Origin: an uncultured virus (IMG/VR IMGVR_UViG_3300042402_005558)
Taxonomy: Duplodnaviria > Heunggongvirae > Uroviricota > Caudoviricetes
Direction: 5' to 3' (one strand)
DNA: 64,000 nucleotides
IMG/VR virus record: IMGVR_UViG_3300042402_005558
Both the position numbers and the translations under genes were made by a program. Positions 1 through 9,697 of this stretch are shown piece by piece. The stretch's first letter is position 1. Each line of letters starts with the position of its first letter. The notes beneath the pieces are model-generated. The model did not search any database. It saw nothing but the letters and a program-made list of their open reading frames with translations, and was not told the DNA's origin.

Positions 1-18
1 ACTTTTCCCACCATTGGT

Positions 19-24
19 TAAATA
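19..24 (+). promoter_or_regulatory. TAAATA late-type promoter upstream of phoH
   Basis: Core of the T4 late promoter consensus TATAAATA; the same hexamer recurs upstream of many genes in the window. Confidence 0.5.
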
Positions 25-94
25 CACATGTGTTCGGCTACGGACACTACGGTTAGAGGTCCGTGCCTAACACTTACAGGAGGGCTAACCTTAT

Positions 95-835
95 ATGAAG
101 CGAAAAAGAGCGCAAGTACAGCAAAAAGAGCAATATGATCCACGATTTCCAACTAACGTAATAAATATTGATCATAGATTAAATGAGAAACGCAAAAGAG
201 TACAGATTTATCCCAAGAGTCTAAGCCAAGAGACTTATCTACTTAAACTAAACGACCCCAACAAGATGATTGTATTCGCTATCGGACCAGCCGGTACGGG
301 TAAAACCATGCTGGCGGTTCAGTGGGCCATAGATCAACTCAAATACGGATCTGCAGATAAAATCATTGTTACTCGACCTGCTGTGAGTGTTGATGAAGAA
401 CACGGATTCTTGCCCGGGGACCTAAACGAAAAAATGGCCCCTTGGACCAAGCCAATATTTGATGTAATCGCAGAAAATTTCAACGCCAGAGAGATAGAAA
501 ATTTTATCAAAGAGGGGGTGATAGAAACCAGTCCGTTGGCCTACATGCGAGGTAGAACTTTTAAAAATGCAGTGGTCGTAGCTGACGAAATGCAGAATGC
601 CACACCCAGCCAGATGAAAATGCTGCTGACACGATTAGGACAAGGTAGCCAGATGGTAGTCACCGGAGACCTACAACAGGCTGATCGTCCTAGCAACAAC
701 GGCCTACTAGAATTTTTGGGATTGTATAATAACTTCCAAGGCCACAGATATGTGGATCTAGTAAAATTTGATGTGCAAGATGTAGAACGTCATGAAGCAG
801 TCAAAGAGATATTGTCTATCTACGGCGACGCTTAA
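95..835 (+). CDS. phoH: PhoH-like ATPase
   Basis: GPAGTGKT Walker A, TRPAV, GFLPG, RGRTF, DEMQN and GDLQQAD motifs; SD GGAGG at 79-83. Confidence 0.95.
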   Translation: MKRKRAQVQQKEQYDPRFPTNVINIDHRLNEKRKRVQIYPKSLSQETYLLKLNDPNKMIVFAIGPAGTGKTMLAVQWAIDQLKYGSADKIIVTRPAVSVDEEHGFLPGDLNEKMAPWTKPIFDVIAENFNAREIENFIKEGVIETSPLAYMRGRTFKNAVVVADEMQNATPSQMKMLLTRLGQGSQMVVTGDLQQADRPSNNGLLEFLGLYNNFQGHRYVDLVKFDVQDVERHEAVKEILSIYGDA

Positions 836-853
836 ACTTTAATAAGGAGATAC

Positions 854-873
854 AAGGGGTCTAAGGACCCCTT
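854..873. terminator. Hairpin between convergent genes, probable terminator
   Basis: AAGGGGTC-TAAG-GACCCCTT perfect 8-bp inverted repeat. Confidence 0.6.
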
Positions 874-1366
874 AGTCGTTTACAGGGTTGCCGTCAACAT
901 CCACTTCTAGCCAGGTATAGTCTCCCAACCATTTTACACGACAAATGTAGTCATAATTATCTGGTGCACTACTAGACCAATCATCGGGACCGTGCTGAGT
1001 TAGCAATGTACCACCGCGGCGTGTGTCGTTGGCCAACCAATATATCTGTCCATGATAGGTCTGGAACTCATACTTGGCTGCATGAACCCAATCGGTAATT
1101 TCTAATCTACGTTTAATACTCGCTGCCTGTGTCTGTAGAACTGCTACCAATTGCATGATACGATTGTATTCCTGTTGCCCGTGCATGCGGGCCACATTGA
1201 CCATCACGTCTTTCTGCTTCTCGATAGGAATCAGGTCAAAAGCAGGAGAGCCTACCTCTGTGGGATATGGAGTTACATTCTTATTAAAAAACGCAACTAG
1301 ACTGTTATCTATCTTGGCATCAAAACTTTCTCGGCCTTTGGCCAAGTTTGATTTTTCATCTGACAT
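872..1366 (-). CDS. DUF2452-like protein
   Basis: C-terminal AKYEFQ..GQIYWL..GPDDW..VKWLGDYTW pattern resembles DUF2452; overlaps the upstream gene in an operon. Confidence 0.65.
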   Translation of the reverse strand: MSDEKSNLAKGRESFDAKIDNSLVAFFNKNVTPYPTEVGSPAFDLIPIEKQKDVMVNVARMHGQQEYNRIMQLVAVLQTQAASIKRRLEITDWVHAAKYEFQTYHGQIYWLANDTRRGGTLLTQHGPDDWSSSAPDNYDYICRVKWLGDYTWLEVDVDGNPVND

Positions 1367-2279
1367 TTAGTTTAGAAAGTTTGATCAATGTAGCAGATAG
1401 ATTGATTTCGCTGTCGGCACATACCACATGATCTATCAATCCCTGTTTGATTAGTAGCACTGCTTTATCTTGATTTTCCTCGGCACCAAAGATCTCAAGA
1501 TTCATATACAGCCAACGATATACTTCGATCATTTCATCAGCCTGTATCTTACCACACAACATCTTACGAGCTTCTGTAATCTTACCTGCCTTAAACAGTT
1601 CTACCATGTCAAACTTCCATTCTAGGGTACCTGTATCGCTTTCGCTAGGCATAGTTAGTTTGCCCTGTGTGGAATGCTGTTGCAGAAGGTTGAGACATTT
1701 ACGCAGATCAGGATAGGCCACCTTGACATAGTTGTCTAAGGTGTCGAGATCAAAGTCTATGCCTTCTTCGACCAACACAGTGGCAGCTCGGGCTGTGTAT
1801 TCAGTTTGATCCAGTTTGGTAAAATGAAACTGTTGGCAACGACTGTGAATCGCAGGTACGATCATATTGGGAGTATTACAGGTCAATATAAATCTACTGA
1901 AGTTAGAATACTCTTCCATAACACCTTTGAGAGCATCCTGCGCAAACGGTGTCAGTCGATCCGCTTCATCCAGCAAGACTACTTTGAAAGGACCAAAGGG
2001 AATCATACTGACAAAATTTGTGATCTTTTCTTTCATGAGATCTATGCCACGCTCACGGCTGGCATTGATTTCTAGAACATCATAGTCCTCGATACCGATC
2101 TCACTGATCAACAGTTTGGCCATAGTGGTTTTACCTATGCCAGGAGTACCACTCAGCAATAGATGGGGAATGCTTTTTTCTCGAATCCATGCTTCTACCT
2201 GCTTGCGTTGATTGTCATCACGCCAAACATATTCACTGATTTTTTTCGGACGATATTTCTCTACCCATAGTTCTTTCAT
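1356..2279 (-). CDS. Clamp loader AAA+ subunit (T4 gp44 / RFC small subunit-like)
   Basis: LWVEKYRP, GTPGIGKTT, EINAS, LLDEAD and SRC motifs. Confidence 0.95.
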   Translation of the reverse strand: MKELWVEKYRPKKISEYVWRDDNQRKQVEAWIREKSIPHLLLSGTPGIGKTTMAKLLISEIGIEDYDVLEINASRERGIDLMKEKITNFVSMIPFGPFKVVLLDEADRLTPFAQDALKGVMEEYSNFSRFILTCNTPNMIVPAIHSRCQQFHFTKLDQTEYTARAATVLVEEGIDFDLDTLDNYVKVAYPDLRKCLNLLQQHSTQGKLTMPSESDTGTLEWKFDMVELFKAGKITEARKMLCGKIQADEMIEVYRWLYMNLEIFGAEENQDKAVLLIKQGLIDHVVCADSEINLSATLIKLSKLNVR

Positions 2280-2647
2280 TTTTTCTCCACAAATTCTTTG
2301 AGATTAGGGGGTGTCCATCCTAATGGCTTTAGTACTTTGCCATCTTCACGCTTGCGAACCTTGCCGGTTTCGTGATCAATTTTAGCAAAGTTTGTCTGCA
2401 TAACTTCTTTCCATGCACCTTCTGCATCTGCTCCCATTGAGTGAATGGCACCAATAGTGACCACTAAGATGTCAGTTAGTGCATCTAATATTTCCACACT
2501 GTCGCAGTTATTGATCGCTTCTTTTAATTCTTCGGCTTCTTCGTCAATTAAATTAACGTAGAGATTAAACTGACTATGATTCCAACTGTCTACTGTCTGA
2601 TCACAGGCTGTCATGAATTTCGCTTGATCGCGAAAGGGGTTAGTCAT
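2276..2647 (-). CDS. MazG-like / PRA-PH-like nucleotide pyrophosphohydrolase
   Basis: EEAEEL..EILDALTD acidic motif and REDGKVLKPLGW. Confidence 0.85.
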   Translation of the reverse strand: MTNPFRDQAKFMTACDQTVDSWNHSQFNLYVNLIDEEAEELKEAINNCDSVEILDALTDILVVTIGAIHSMGADAEGAWKEVMQTNFAKIDHETGKVRKREDGKVLKPLGWTPPNLKEFVEKK

Positions 2648-2656
2648 AGTATCTCC

Positions 2657-2896
2657 TTAAGACTTTAATATCTTAATGATACGCTTTTTTTCCTGTTCCT
2701 GCAACCAGTCCTTCTCCAAATCTCCGAAGTCTGGAGATTCTGCCAATGCAGTGTCTACGATAGATTTGATTTGATATAGATCCTGCTTGGCATAGAAGGC
2801 AGTGAATCCGTCGTTGTATGGACTGCTGCATTCTCTAGCCAGAGCATGCAGTTGAGTTGATATATCTGCCACGTCCCAACTTTTACGGAAACCCAT
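2657..2896 (-). CDS. Hypothetical phage protein
   Basis: Tightly packed in the operon, 1-nt overlap with the upstream gene. Confidence 0.65.
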   Translation of the reverse strand: MGFRKSWDVADISTQLHALARECSSPYNDGFTAFYAKQDLYQIKSIVDTALAESPDFGDLEKDWLQEQEKKRIIKILKS

Positions 2897-3318
2897 TAGC
2901 TGATCTTGGACATGTTTCCAGGTAGGAAATCTTGCGGACTGATGTTCATGCTAGATCCATTGGAGAATTCTTGACCTATATAGAAATCATTGGGCTTTTG
3001 ATCTGTGACAGCTATCACAGCAGAAACTTCAACTTTCTGGACTTCTTTGACGCTTTCACCGTCGTCGATCTTGATCTTGCGGGTCCAGCGACCGTGTTCA
3101 ATCAGTATCCATTGACCTGGCTCAACATCCAGTTTACAACTAGCACCTACTTTATAGACCTGTGCCCAACGCGGTTTAACACCATGAGCTTTGCCATCGT
3201 CGCTGTGGATCACTATACCTGCAGCAGTTGTCTGCTCCCCCATGTCCATACCGTGCACCAATATGTCTTGGCTCAACGGTCGGACCTGCATTTTTCGTGC
3301 TTCGAATGATGTAGTCAT
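2896..3318 (-). CDS. groES: GroES-like co-chaperonin
   Basis: VRPL.QDILV...TTAAGIVI...VYKVG...VEPGQWIL pattern of the Cpn10 family. Confidence 0.8.
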   Translation of the reverse strand: MTTSFEARKMQVRPLSQDILVHGMDMGEQTTAAGIVIHSDDGKAHGVKPRWAQVYKVGASCKLDVEPGQWILIEHGRWTRKIKIDDGESVKEVQKVEVSAVIAVTDQKPNDFYIGQEFSNGSSMNISPQDFLPGNMSKIS

Positions 3319-3321
3319 AGA

Positions 3322-3552
3322 TTACTTTTTATTACCACGTACTGCTACTTCTTCATGCTGAGCACTGGGATTCTGCGCATAGAAATCCTGAAGGACCTGT
3401 TCCCTAGTACGGACGATTTTGCCACCTTCACCTAGCTCATCGCCACGAGCATTAACTCGCATGTTGCCGACAGCTGGTGTTTTTTCATTGCGTAGAGATA
3501 ATTTCTCCATGTCAATCTCTTTACCTCTAACACTGGTATAAGTTCTACCCAT
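3322..3552 (-). CDS. Hypothetical phage protein
   Basis: Operonic; contains AVGNMRVNARGDELG. Confidence 0.7.
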   Translation of the reverse strand: MGRTYTSVRGKEIDMEKLSLRNEKTPAVGNMRVNARGDELGEGGKIVRTREQVLQDFYAQNPSAQHEEVAVRGNKK

Positions 3553-4018
3553 TTTGTTTCTCCTTAAAGAATTCTTCTATTGGTATGTTGTATTTAATCG
3601 GGTCTATCTTATGCACCCCTATGATATGAAGCACATAACTGGCCACAGAACTGCCTCGACCTACTCCCCAAACTACATTGTTGGCTCTAAGAGTATCCAC
3701 GATGTATTTCATGGTTCGCAGCATAGGAATCATATCGTGTTGGCGAAACAGTTCTAATTCTTTGTTTAATCTATCTCGGTTCTGGATAGGACACCTTTGA
3801 TATAACCAATCTTGTATATCCACGGTCCTGTAACTTTCAGGAATAAACCAATATGTTGGATCGATGTCTTTTGGAGGGACGGGATAATGCAGATGTTCTT
3901 TTTGAAGTTGATCTATGTATTGACTTAGATCATCAGAAGTTTGACAATGTTCCAGTATGTCCGGACCGTGTTTGAGAATACCTTGTATCAGTTGTTCAGT
4001 GGAGTTATTAATCAACAT
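3545..4018 (-). CDS. Stand-alone fragment of DNA polymerase III alpha (DnaE-like)
   Basis: GVGRGSSVASYVLHIIGVHKIDPIKYNIPIEEF matches the DnaE GRGS..SLV.Y.LGIT..DP..Y.L.FERF motif; only 157 aa. Confidence 0.85.
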   Translation of the reverse strand: MLINNSTEQLIQGILKHGPDILEHCQTSDDLSQYIDQLQKEHLHYPVPPKDIDPTYWFIPESYRTVDIQDWLYQRCPIQNRDRLNKELELFRQHDMIPMLRTMKYIVDTLRANNVVWGVGRGSSVASYVLHIIGVHKIDPIKYNIPIEEFFKEKQNG

Positions 4019-4238
4019 TGATCAATTGACCTAGATCGCTATCTGTGCTTTTCATTTTGTCTGCATGCCTTTTAGCAAGTTCCTGTCTATATATTGTAAT
4101 GAAAGTTGATAGCTGTGTCAAGAGATCTCTACTGCCCAAACGGGCCGCTGTGTGGTATTTTTTGTTCAATTCGATCAGTTTGAGTTCAACATCCTGATCT
4201 TTTAGCAGGCTCAAATCACTTTCTAAAGGATGAAACAT
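4008..4238 (-). CDS. Hypothetical protein
   Basis: Operonic overlaps at both ends. Confidence 0.65.
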   Translation of the reverse strand: MFHPLESDLSLLKDQDVELKLIELNKKYHTAARLGSRDLLTQLSTFITIYRQELAKRHADKMKSTDSDLGQLINVD

Positions 4239-4819
4239 TAGCTGTATGCGCCTAGATAGTTAAGAAATATAATGGCTTCGCTGTGTTGCCAAACTTCGAT
4301 GATCACAGGATTGGTAGCAGACGTAACAGTGAGACTGCCAGGAAATCCTGGGGACTTTTTCAACACAGTACTACCTGTTAGAGTGAATGTGATGGTCCTT
4401 GCGGTACCATCGCCGTAGAGTTCAAGAGTAGCTTTACCTACCTGTCCAAGCCCGGTTACATCTACCGCAGCGGTAGGAAACTCTGTTAATTCAATAGCAC
4501 AGTTAGTACCAAACTTTATGATGTGATACATGGCCTGTTTAAAACTGACCTCCTGGGTTCCTACTATTATTGTAGCACCATAATCTTTTTTACGGAAGTA
4601 TGCGTCTTGTAGAGTGATAGCAGTGGCCACATTATAGTTAAAATCACTGTCAACGTCGGTGCGGGCCACATTATCCTGTAGATCTTCAATTTCAGTTTTG
4701 GCTGCTGAAAAGTTGGTTTTTATGGTATCAAAGTTATCTCTGAATACCTGTGTATCATTGTCCTGTCCAGCTACAGGAAAGTTTTCATTTATTGCTGCGA
4801 AATTGATAAGGCTTGTCAA
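4238..4819 (-). CDS. Virion structural protein (baseplate/tail)
   Basis: FPVAGQDNDTQVFRDNF N-terminus; lies in the structural module; TAAATA at 4853-4858 (-). Confidence 0.65.
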   Translation of the reverse strand: MTSLINFAAINENFPVAGQDNDTQVFRDNFDTIKTNFSAAKTEIEDLQDNVARTDVDSDFNYNVATAITLQDAYFRKKDYGATIIVGTQEVSFKQAMYHIIKFGTNCAIELTEFPTAAVDVTGLGQVGKATLELYGDGTARTITFTLTGSTVLKKSPGFPGSLTVTSATNPVIIEVWQHSEAIIFLNYLGAYS

Positions 4820-7290
4820 GGTAATTTTTCTCCACGTTGCGGAAATGCAAGGTATTTATCATCTATTTCTCCGTCTACAATATCTATGACGTATCTATCT
4901 GCTACGAAATCAACGGTTTTAAAATCAAACCCACTAGCCCGAATTCTGGCCAAAACATTGATTGCTGTGCCGGGATTACAGTAGCACAGGGGCAGAGCTT
5001 TTACATAACCTGGTTCGTATGATCCAGCATCCTGTATGCTACGCATCCAGAGAGGTAAAAATTCACGATCATTAGCACCAGTGTCGGCCATTCGCCTACG
5101 CATATTTTTTAAACTATTTGGAAATATTCTTTGATGATCTCGGTCACTGACTAATGGTATATCACTGTCAATTTTTATGCTGTCATAGCTGATAAGAACA
5201 GGACTATTAATGTTGTTAGGTAAATTTACCGTGCCGCTGATACTACGACCATCTTTTTCTAAAGGATCAACAATGTTGACATAGATAACTTCATATATAG
5301 TTTCTTGAGTTTGTTGATCTTTGGCTTTTGCCACACCTAGATCTCCGAACTGTAATCTCTTGCGATAGTGATTTCTGCTCATGCTCTGTACATAGCGAAC
5401 AGCTTCTACACTTTCTATACCTGCATATACCAAGATCTGTAATGCGGTCTGCACACCAAAATTTGAATCACCGTATCTATACAAATCACTGGGTTGGAAA
5501 ATAGTTACGTCTGTGATAAAATTATACCAGGCTAGTCTTTTGCTCTTGGTCTGGAAGGCTTTAACATATAGATTAGCGAATGTTTTAGTGTTTTCTGCTA
5601 CAACTGTTATACTAAAAGTTCTGTTAAGAGTAGCGAAGTTCACACTGTCTCGAGCTCGTATAGTGAATGTAAACTTTTTGTCAAATCCTGTTACACCGCC
5701 GTCGAATGCACCGGTGAAATCTTTACTCAAGGTGGAACTGTCCTCTGCAGGTGCTAGACTGTCTACACGTTCATAGAATCTAGTCAGGCCTGGACCAGCC
5801 TCATCTGCGAACTGTTTGACCTTGCCTTGGATATCACCCGTAGGCACAAATGTCAGTCCTGGCGGCAGTGTACCTGATACAAATTCATAACCTACCCTAC
5901 CACCATACAACAGTGTTTCTGCTTGAACATATTTTTGACTGGGTTGGTTAGGTTTGATAGTTCCGAGATCACTGTCGGTGATCCATGCTACTGCGCTGTC
6001 AATTTCGCCTACTATTTCCACGGTGAACTGTTTGTCAGCGGTTGAAACCCCCGCGATCCAGAATTCTACATCTGTGGGCAGTCGATTGCGATGTGCCACA
6101 GTACAGATATAGATCAGTCCTAGATATATCACAGCATCATTGACTAGATAAGCGGTGCTGTTGTTCCATGTGCCTTTAAGTGTATAATTAGAATAGGCCA
6201 AGATGCTGGTAAAATTAGCAGCCCGCATAGTAAAGTTATAAGTTCTTGATACTCTGGCCTGATAGGGCACACGTCCCGCTATTTCTCCAGTGACACTGTC
6301 TAGAGCCATGCCTGGGGGAAGTTGACTTAGTGATCCGTCTGCGTTAGTGGGTAATAGAAAATATGTTATAGTTCCAGTCAAAGTAGGAGGATCATACACA
6401 TCTAGAAAAATAGTTACGTAATTGTTGGCTCGGAATCGCCCAAGATCACTTTCAGTAATCCATATAGGAGTTCGATTGCTATTAGCATCTGATGTAAACA
6501 GATTGGTATCGACCTGTACAATGGAGTTATCTGCCTGTAAAAATTCTTCAGTTACCACATAGATCTTAAACAATCTAGTTTCTGTATGTACACCGTCAGT
6601 GACAGCTACAATAAATGTGTAGATTCTGCTGAGTCTTCTAGGTGATCGGCTGGGCTCGTTGTAGTCAAAATATTGTGAATCATAGACAAATGTATCAAAC
6701 CCGTTGGATCTAGCTTCAACGAAATCTAATGGAGCTACATCCAAAGGTGCCGTATCGTAGCCTCCAGATGCATCTCTAAGATATTCTAGAGCAAATATAG
6801 GATCAGTGAAACCAGAAATTACTCCCGTTCGGCTCAGAGATAAACCTGGAGGTAGTAGTCCGCCGTTAGGTACTAGATAAAATTCCAACTGATCACCGGC
6901 GATTAAATCTGTGTCAGCGACTTCTAATTGAAAGTTAACCTGAGCATTGTCTAAGACAAAGTAGGCTTCAGCAGGACCTATGTTAAGGAATCCTTCTTGT
7001 GTTAACCATATAGGAGCATCCGATCCGTCCACTGTCATGCTGAAGGTGCGGTCTTCTATGTCTACACCATCAGAAGCTCGGATCACAAATTTACTGGTGG
7101 TGTAGACCTTGACCTCAGTAGGCGAACCTTTAATAGCATTATTGTTGAGTCTGAGACCTCTAGGCAGGGCACCTGCCAACAGTGTCATGGTGACTGCGCC
7201 AAGATCGCTAGTGGCAGACAATGGCAGATCGACTATGATACGTTCGGTGAGTATGCCTAGACTGCCAGCGGGAGTGATCCAGGTTATCAT
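4816..7290 (-). CDS. Structural protein with repeated putative Ig (He_PIG-like) domains
   Basis: Repeated LPPG(L/M).L...G.I.G and P.W.T..LG motifs; short carbohydrate-binding-like segment WNNSTAYLVNDAV. Confidence 0.8.
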   Translation of the reverse strand: MITWITPAGSLGILTERIIVDLPLSATSDLGAVTMTLLAGALPRGLRLNNNAIKGSPTEVKVYTTSKFVIRASDGVDIEDRTFSMTVDGSDAPIWLTQEGFLNIGPAEAYFVLDNAQVNFQLEVADTDLIAGDQLEFYLVPNGGLLPPGLSLSRTGVISGFTDPIFALEYLRDASGGYDTAPLDVAPLDFVEARSNGFDTFVYDSQYFDYNEPSRSPRRLSRIYTFIVAVTDGVHTETRLFKIYVVTEEFLQADNSIVQVDTNLFTSDANSNRTPIWITESDLGRFRANNYVTIFLDVYDPPTLTGTITYFLLPTNADGSLSQLPPGMALDSVTGEIAGRVPYQARVSRTYNFTMRAANFTSILAYSNYTLKGTWNNSTAYLVNDAVIYLGLIYICTVAHRNRLPTDVEFWIAGVSTADKQFTVEIVGEIDSAVAWITDSDLGTIKPNQPSQKYVQAETLLYGGRVGYEFVSGTLPPGLTFVPTGDIQGKVKQFADEAGPGLTRFYERVDSLAPAEDSSTLSKDFTGAFDGGVTGFDKKFTFTIRARDSVNFATLNRTFSITVVAENTKTFANLYVKAFQTKSKRLAWYNFITDVTIFQPSDLYRYGDSNFGVQTALQILVYAGIESVEAVRYVQSMSRNHYRKRLQFGDLGVAKAKDQQTQETIYEVIYVNIVDPLEKDGRSISGTVNLPNNINSPVLISYDSIKIDSDIPLVSDRDHQRIFPNSLKNMRRRMADTGANDREFLPLWMRSIQDAGSYEPGYVKALPLCYCNPGTAINVLARIRASGFDFKTVDFVADRYVIDIVDGEIDDKYLAFPQRGEKLP

Positions 7291-7302
7291 CTAGATTTCA
7301 CC

Positions 7303-7878
7303 TTAAACAATGCTGCCGCAGTCTAGATCAAATCTGCCTGGCAGAGTAATTGTGCCAAAGTCCATATTAGATGCTGCGAACAGCGCCTGCATGGAGTTAT
7401 TAAGAGTACCGGTGATAGCGCCAAAATCATATGAGGTTAATATGTCTGTGACAGGTATAATGGTCTTTATTGACAGAGTAGAATTAAACGCCGTGACCTC
7501 AATGTCTTTGACGCTGGTGGTAGACCCCGGAGCTGCCGTACCTGCTATAGTGATCTGTTGATGTGTGCTGGCTAACATCACCCCGGCGTCAGTGTCTATT
7601 CTGATAAATGCATCTGGAGCTGTGCTGTTAACCACTATGCTGGTGTCTGTGTCAGTAAGCAGCATTTTTGTACCGCTGACCAGTTTTTTAAATCGCAGTT
7701 CTGTGCCTGCCTTTTCTTTAAACACACCTACGCCAGTGTCATTGATGTTCACAGCAGTGATGGTCAATTGCGAATTTAAATCACTGAAGTTAGCATTTAC
7801 CTTTTGAAAAGCCGTGCGTAGATCATCGCCTAGGCCATCATTTACCACATTGCCGATATTAATTGTTTGAATTGTCAT
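7303..7878 (-). CDS. Baseplate/tail fibre-associated protein
   Basis: T4 gp9/gp10-like N-terminus INIG..VNDGLGDDLRTAFQKVNANF; TAAATA at 7897-7902 (-). Confidence 0.75.
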   Translation of the reverse strand: MTIQTINIGNVVNDGLGDDLRTAFQKVNANFSDLNSQLTITAVNINDTGVGVFKEKAGTELRFKKLVSGTKMLLTDTDTSIVVNSTAPDAFIRIDTDAGVMLASTHQQITIAGTAAPGSTTSVKDIEVTAFNSTLSIKTIIPVTDILTSYDFGAITGTLNNSMQALFAASNMDFGTITLPGRFDLDCGSIV

Positions 7879-7921
7879 AACACGCTCTCTTTAGTATATT
7901 TACCGTTTATTAGCATCCAAA

Positions 7922-8314
7922 TCATGCAGGAGTTTTGCAAACTAGAAAATTGAAATTATTAGTATTTGAAGTTCCAACATTGGCCCCTGTAAAAAAATTA
8001 ACAACACGCCCAGACTCTGAAGTCCAAATATTGTAAGCATGACTTGAAAATACCCACCCATAAACACTTTGAGCGTCAGCATAACTGAGTACTGATGCAA
8101 GACTTTGAATTTCCGCAACTGTGGCCGTTCGCCATGTGCCTGCTGAAAAGCCTAGACCTGTGAAGTTTGCGGCGTGGGTTTGAGCTGCTGCATAAGTTCC
8201 ACCTGTGGTCATAGGAGCCCATGTCAACCCAGCTAGAGTAACATAGCCTGCTGGTAGCAGTGAGAGACGACGGCGTCGACCAAACTTGAATGTGCCTGTG
8301 AATGAACCCAGCAT
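7922..8314 (-). CDS. Small DUF1566/C-type-lectin-like protein, possible fibre-tip adhesin
   Basis: GLTWA..TYAAAQ..WRTAT.AEIQSL..IWTS..LVC pattern; directly follows a fibre gene. Confidence 0.5.
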   Translation of the reverse strand: MLGSFTGTFKFGRRRRLSLLPAGYVTLAGLTWAPMTTGGTYAAAQTHAANFTGLGFSAGTWRTATVAEIQSLASVLSYADAQSVYGWVFSSHAYNIWTSESGRVVNFFTGANVGTSNTNNFNFLVCKTPA

Positions 8315-8315
8315 G

Positions 8316-9686
8316 TTAGAATCCTGTTAGTTGTCCCAGCACTGTGTAGGTATCAGTAGCTGTGCAGATAATGCTAAAAGTAACCACATCAGTTCTGTTG
8401 GTGCTCGGTGTTGGTGTGGTATTGCCCTGCCATTTAATAGCATGAACCATGTAGTCTATCCGAAACGCACTAGGGTAGTAACCTGTAGCACCTTGTTCTA
8501 TAACTAAGGTAACTGAGGTGGCATAGCCACTAGATAAATTTAGATTAAGAAAGTTTGCTGTCCAATTGGCATCTGGGCTTGTGTGATAGAATATGTGACC
8601 TAATGAACAATCGTGTGTTACTGTACCTGTAGCATCTGCCTTAGTTTGTAACTTTTCGTGTACTCCGTCGTCTATCTTGAGAATACCTGCGACCTGTATA
8701 CCACCCGGAGTTTCAAGATTGCCATCTTCACCAAACTGCCATCTACGCAGTGTTGAGTCTGCCAAGTTGATGTCAATGTTGATATTGCCGTTGCTCTTGA
8801 TATCGCCGGGAATCTCTAGATCACCATCTGTGCCAAAGGTCCATCCGCGAGCAGTCTCACCACTGTAGGTATATATTTGAACATCTTTGTCAACAGCACC
8901 GTCTATGACAAATGCATTTGAGCCGTCAGCGGTGGCAATTGTGGTGCCTTGTGGAAATGTTAATGCACCAGCATCGTTAAACTCCCAGTGATTGGGTCCA
9001 GGGCCGCTATTGGCACCTGTTGCTATTCTAACACTACCTGGACCTCCAGAATTTACATATACAGCCGCTATGTTGCTGGTATAAAAATTTTCTAGATCTT
9101 CTACCCACACCAGTTGAACTGTGCCATTTGTTCCTTGTGCTACAACACCAAATGCTGTGTCCTCGTTGGCTATAATAGCATCTGATCCCAGCAATGTGCC
9201 AATACGGGTACGACCACCAGGCAGTGTTAACACACCATCTGATCCGAGGCTCAATGTGTTGGCACCGTTGACTAATGTACTGCTCGGAGTGTTTACTTGA
9301 CTGCCGCTGACTGTTAAATTACCATTAGCATCTATTCCTACCGCTGTGCCACCAATATAAATTGTGTTGTTGCTGACATACAGGCTGCGCCAAGGCAGTG
9401 TGCTTGAGCCTAGATCGCCACCAAGAGCAGTCTGTGGCAGAATGTCTCCACCCACTGACAGGTTGCTGGAGACAGTAGTTGCACGATCAATCACAATACT
9501 TGAACTATCATCAGTGCCGATAGTACTGCCTACAAATGTTAATGCAGTATCTTGTCCTGTGTCAGCAAGCCCTACAGCCTTGTATAGTTCTGTGAAGTTA
9601 GCATTGACTTTTACAAAGGCAGCTCGTAGGCTATCGCCTTTCTTATCATTAGCTGTGGTGCCTACGTTTATTGATTGTTTTGCCAT
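8316..9686 (-). CDS. Tail fibre protein
   Basis: gp9/gp10-like N-terminus, DLGS..LPWRSLY, and repeated W.FG.DG.L.P motifs. Confidence 0.8.
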   Translation of the reverse strand: MAKQSINVGTTANDKKGDSLRAAFVKVNANFTELYKAVGLADTGQDTALTFVGSTIGTDDSSSIVIDRATTVSSNLSVGGDILPQTALGGDLGSSTLPWRSLYVSNNTIYIGGTAVGIDANGNLTVSGSQVNTPSSTLVNGANTLSLGSDGVLTLPGGRTRIGTLLGSDAIIANEDTAFGVVAQGTNGTVQLVWVEDLENFYTSNIAAVYVNSGGPGSVRIATGANSGPGPNHWEFNDAGALTFPQGTTIATADGSNAFVIDGAVDKDVQIYTYSGETARGWTFGTDGDLEIPGDIKSNGNINIDINLADSTLRRWQFGEDGNLETPGGIQVAGILKIDDGVHEKLQTKADATGTVTHDCSLGHIFYHTSPDANWTANFLNLNLSSGYATSVTLVIEQGATGYYPSAFRIDYMVHAIKWQGNTTPTPSTNRTDVVTFSIICTATDTYTVLGQLTGF

Positions 9687-9697
9687 TTGTCGCTCCG

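Noticed and set aside
7922..8314. Possible diversity-generating retroelement target (lectin-like C-terminus)
   Set aside because: No reverse transcriptase and no second near-identical template repeat seen in the window
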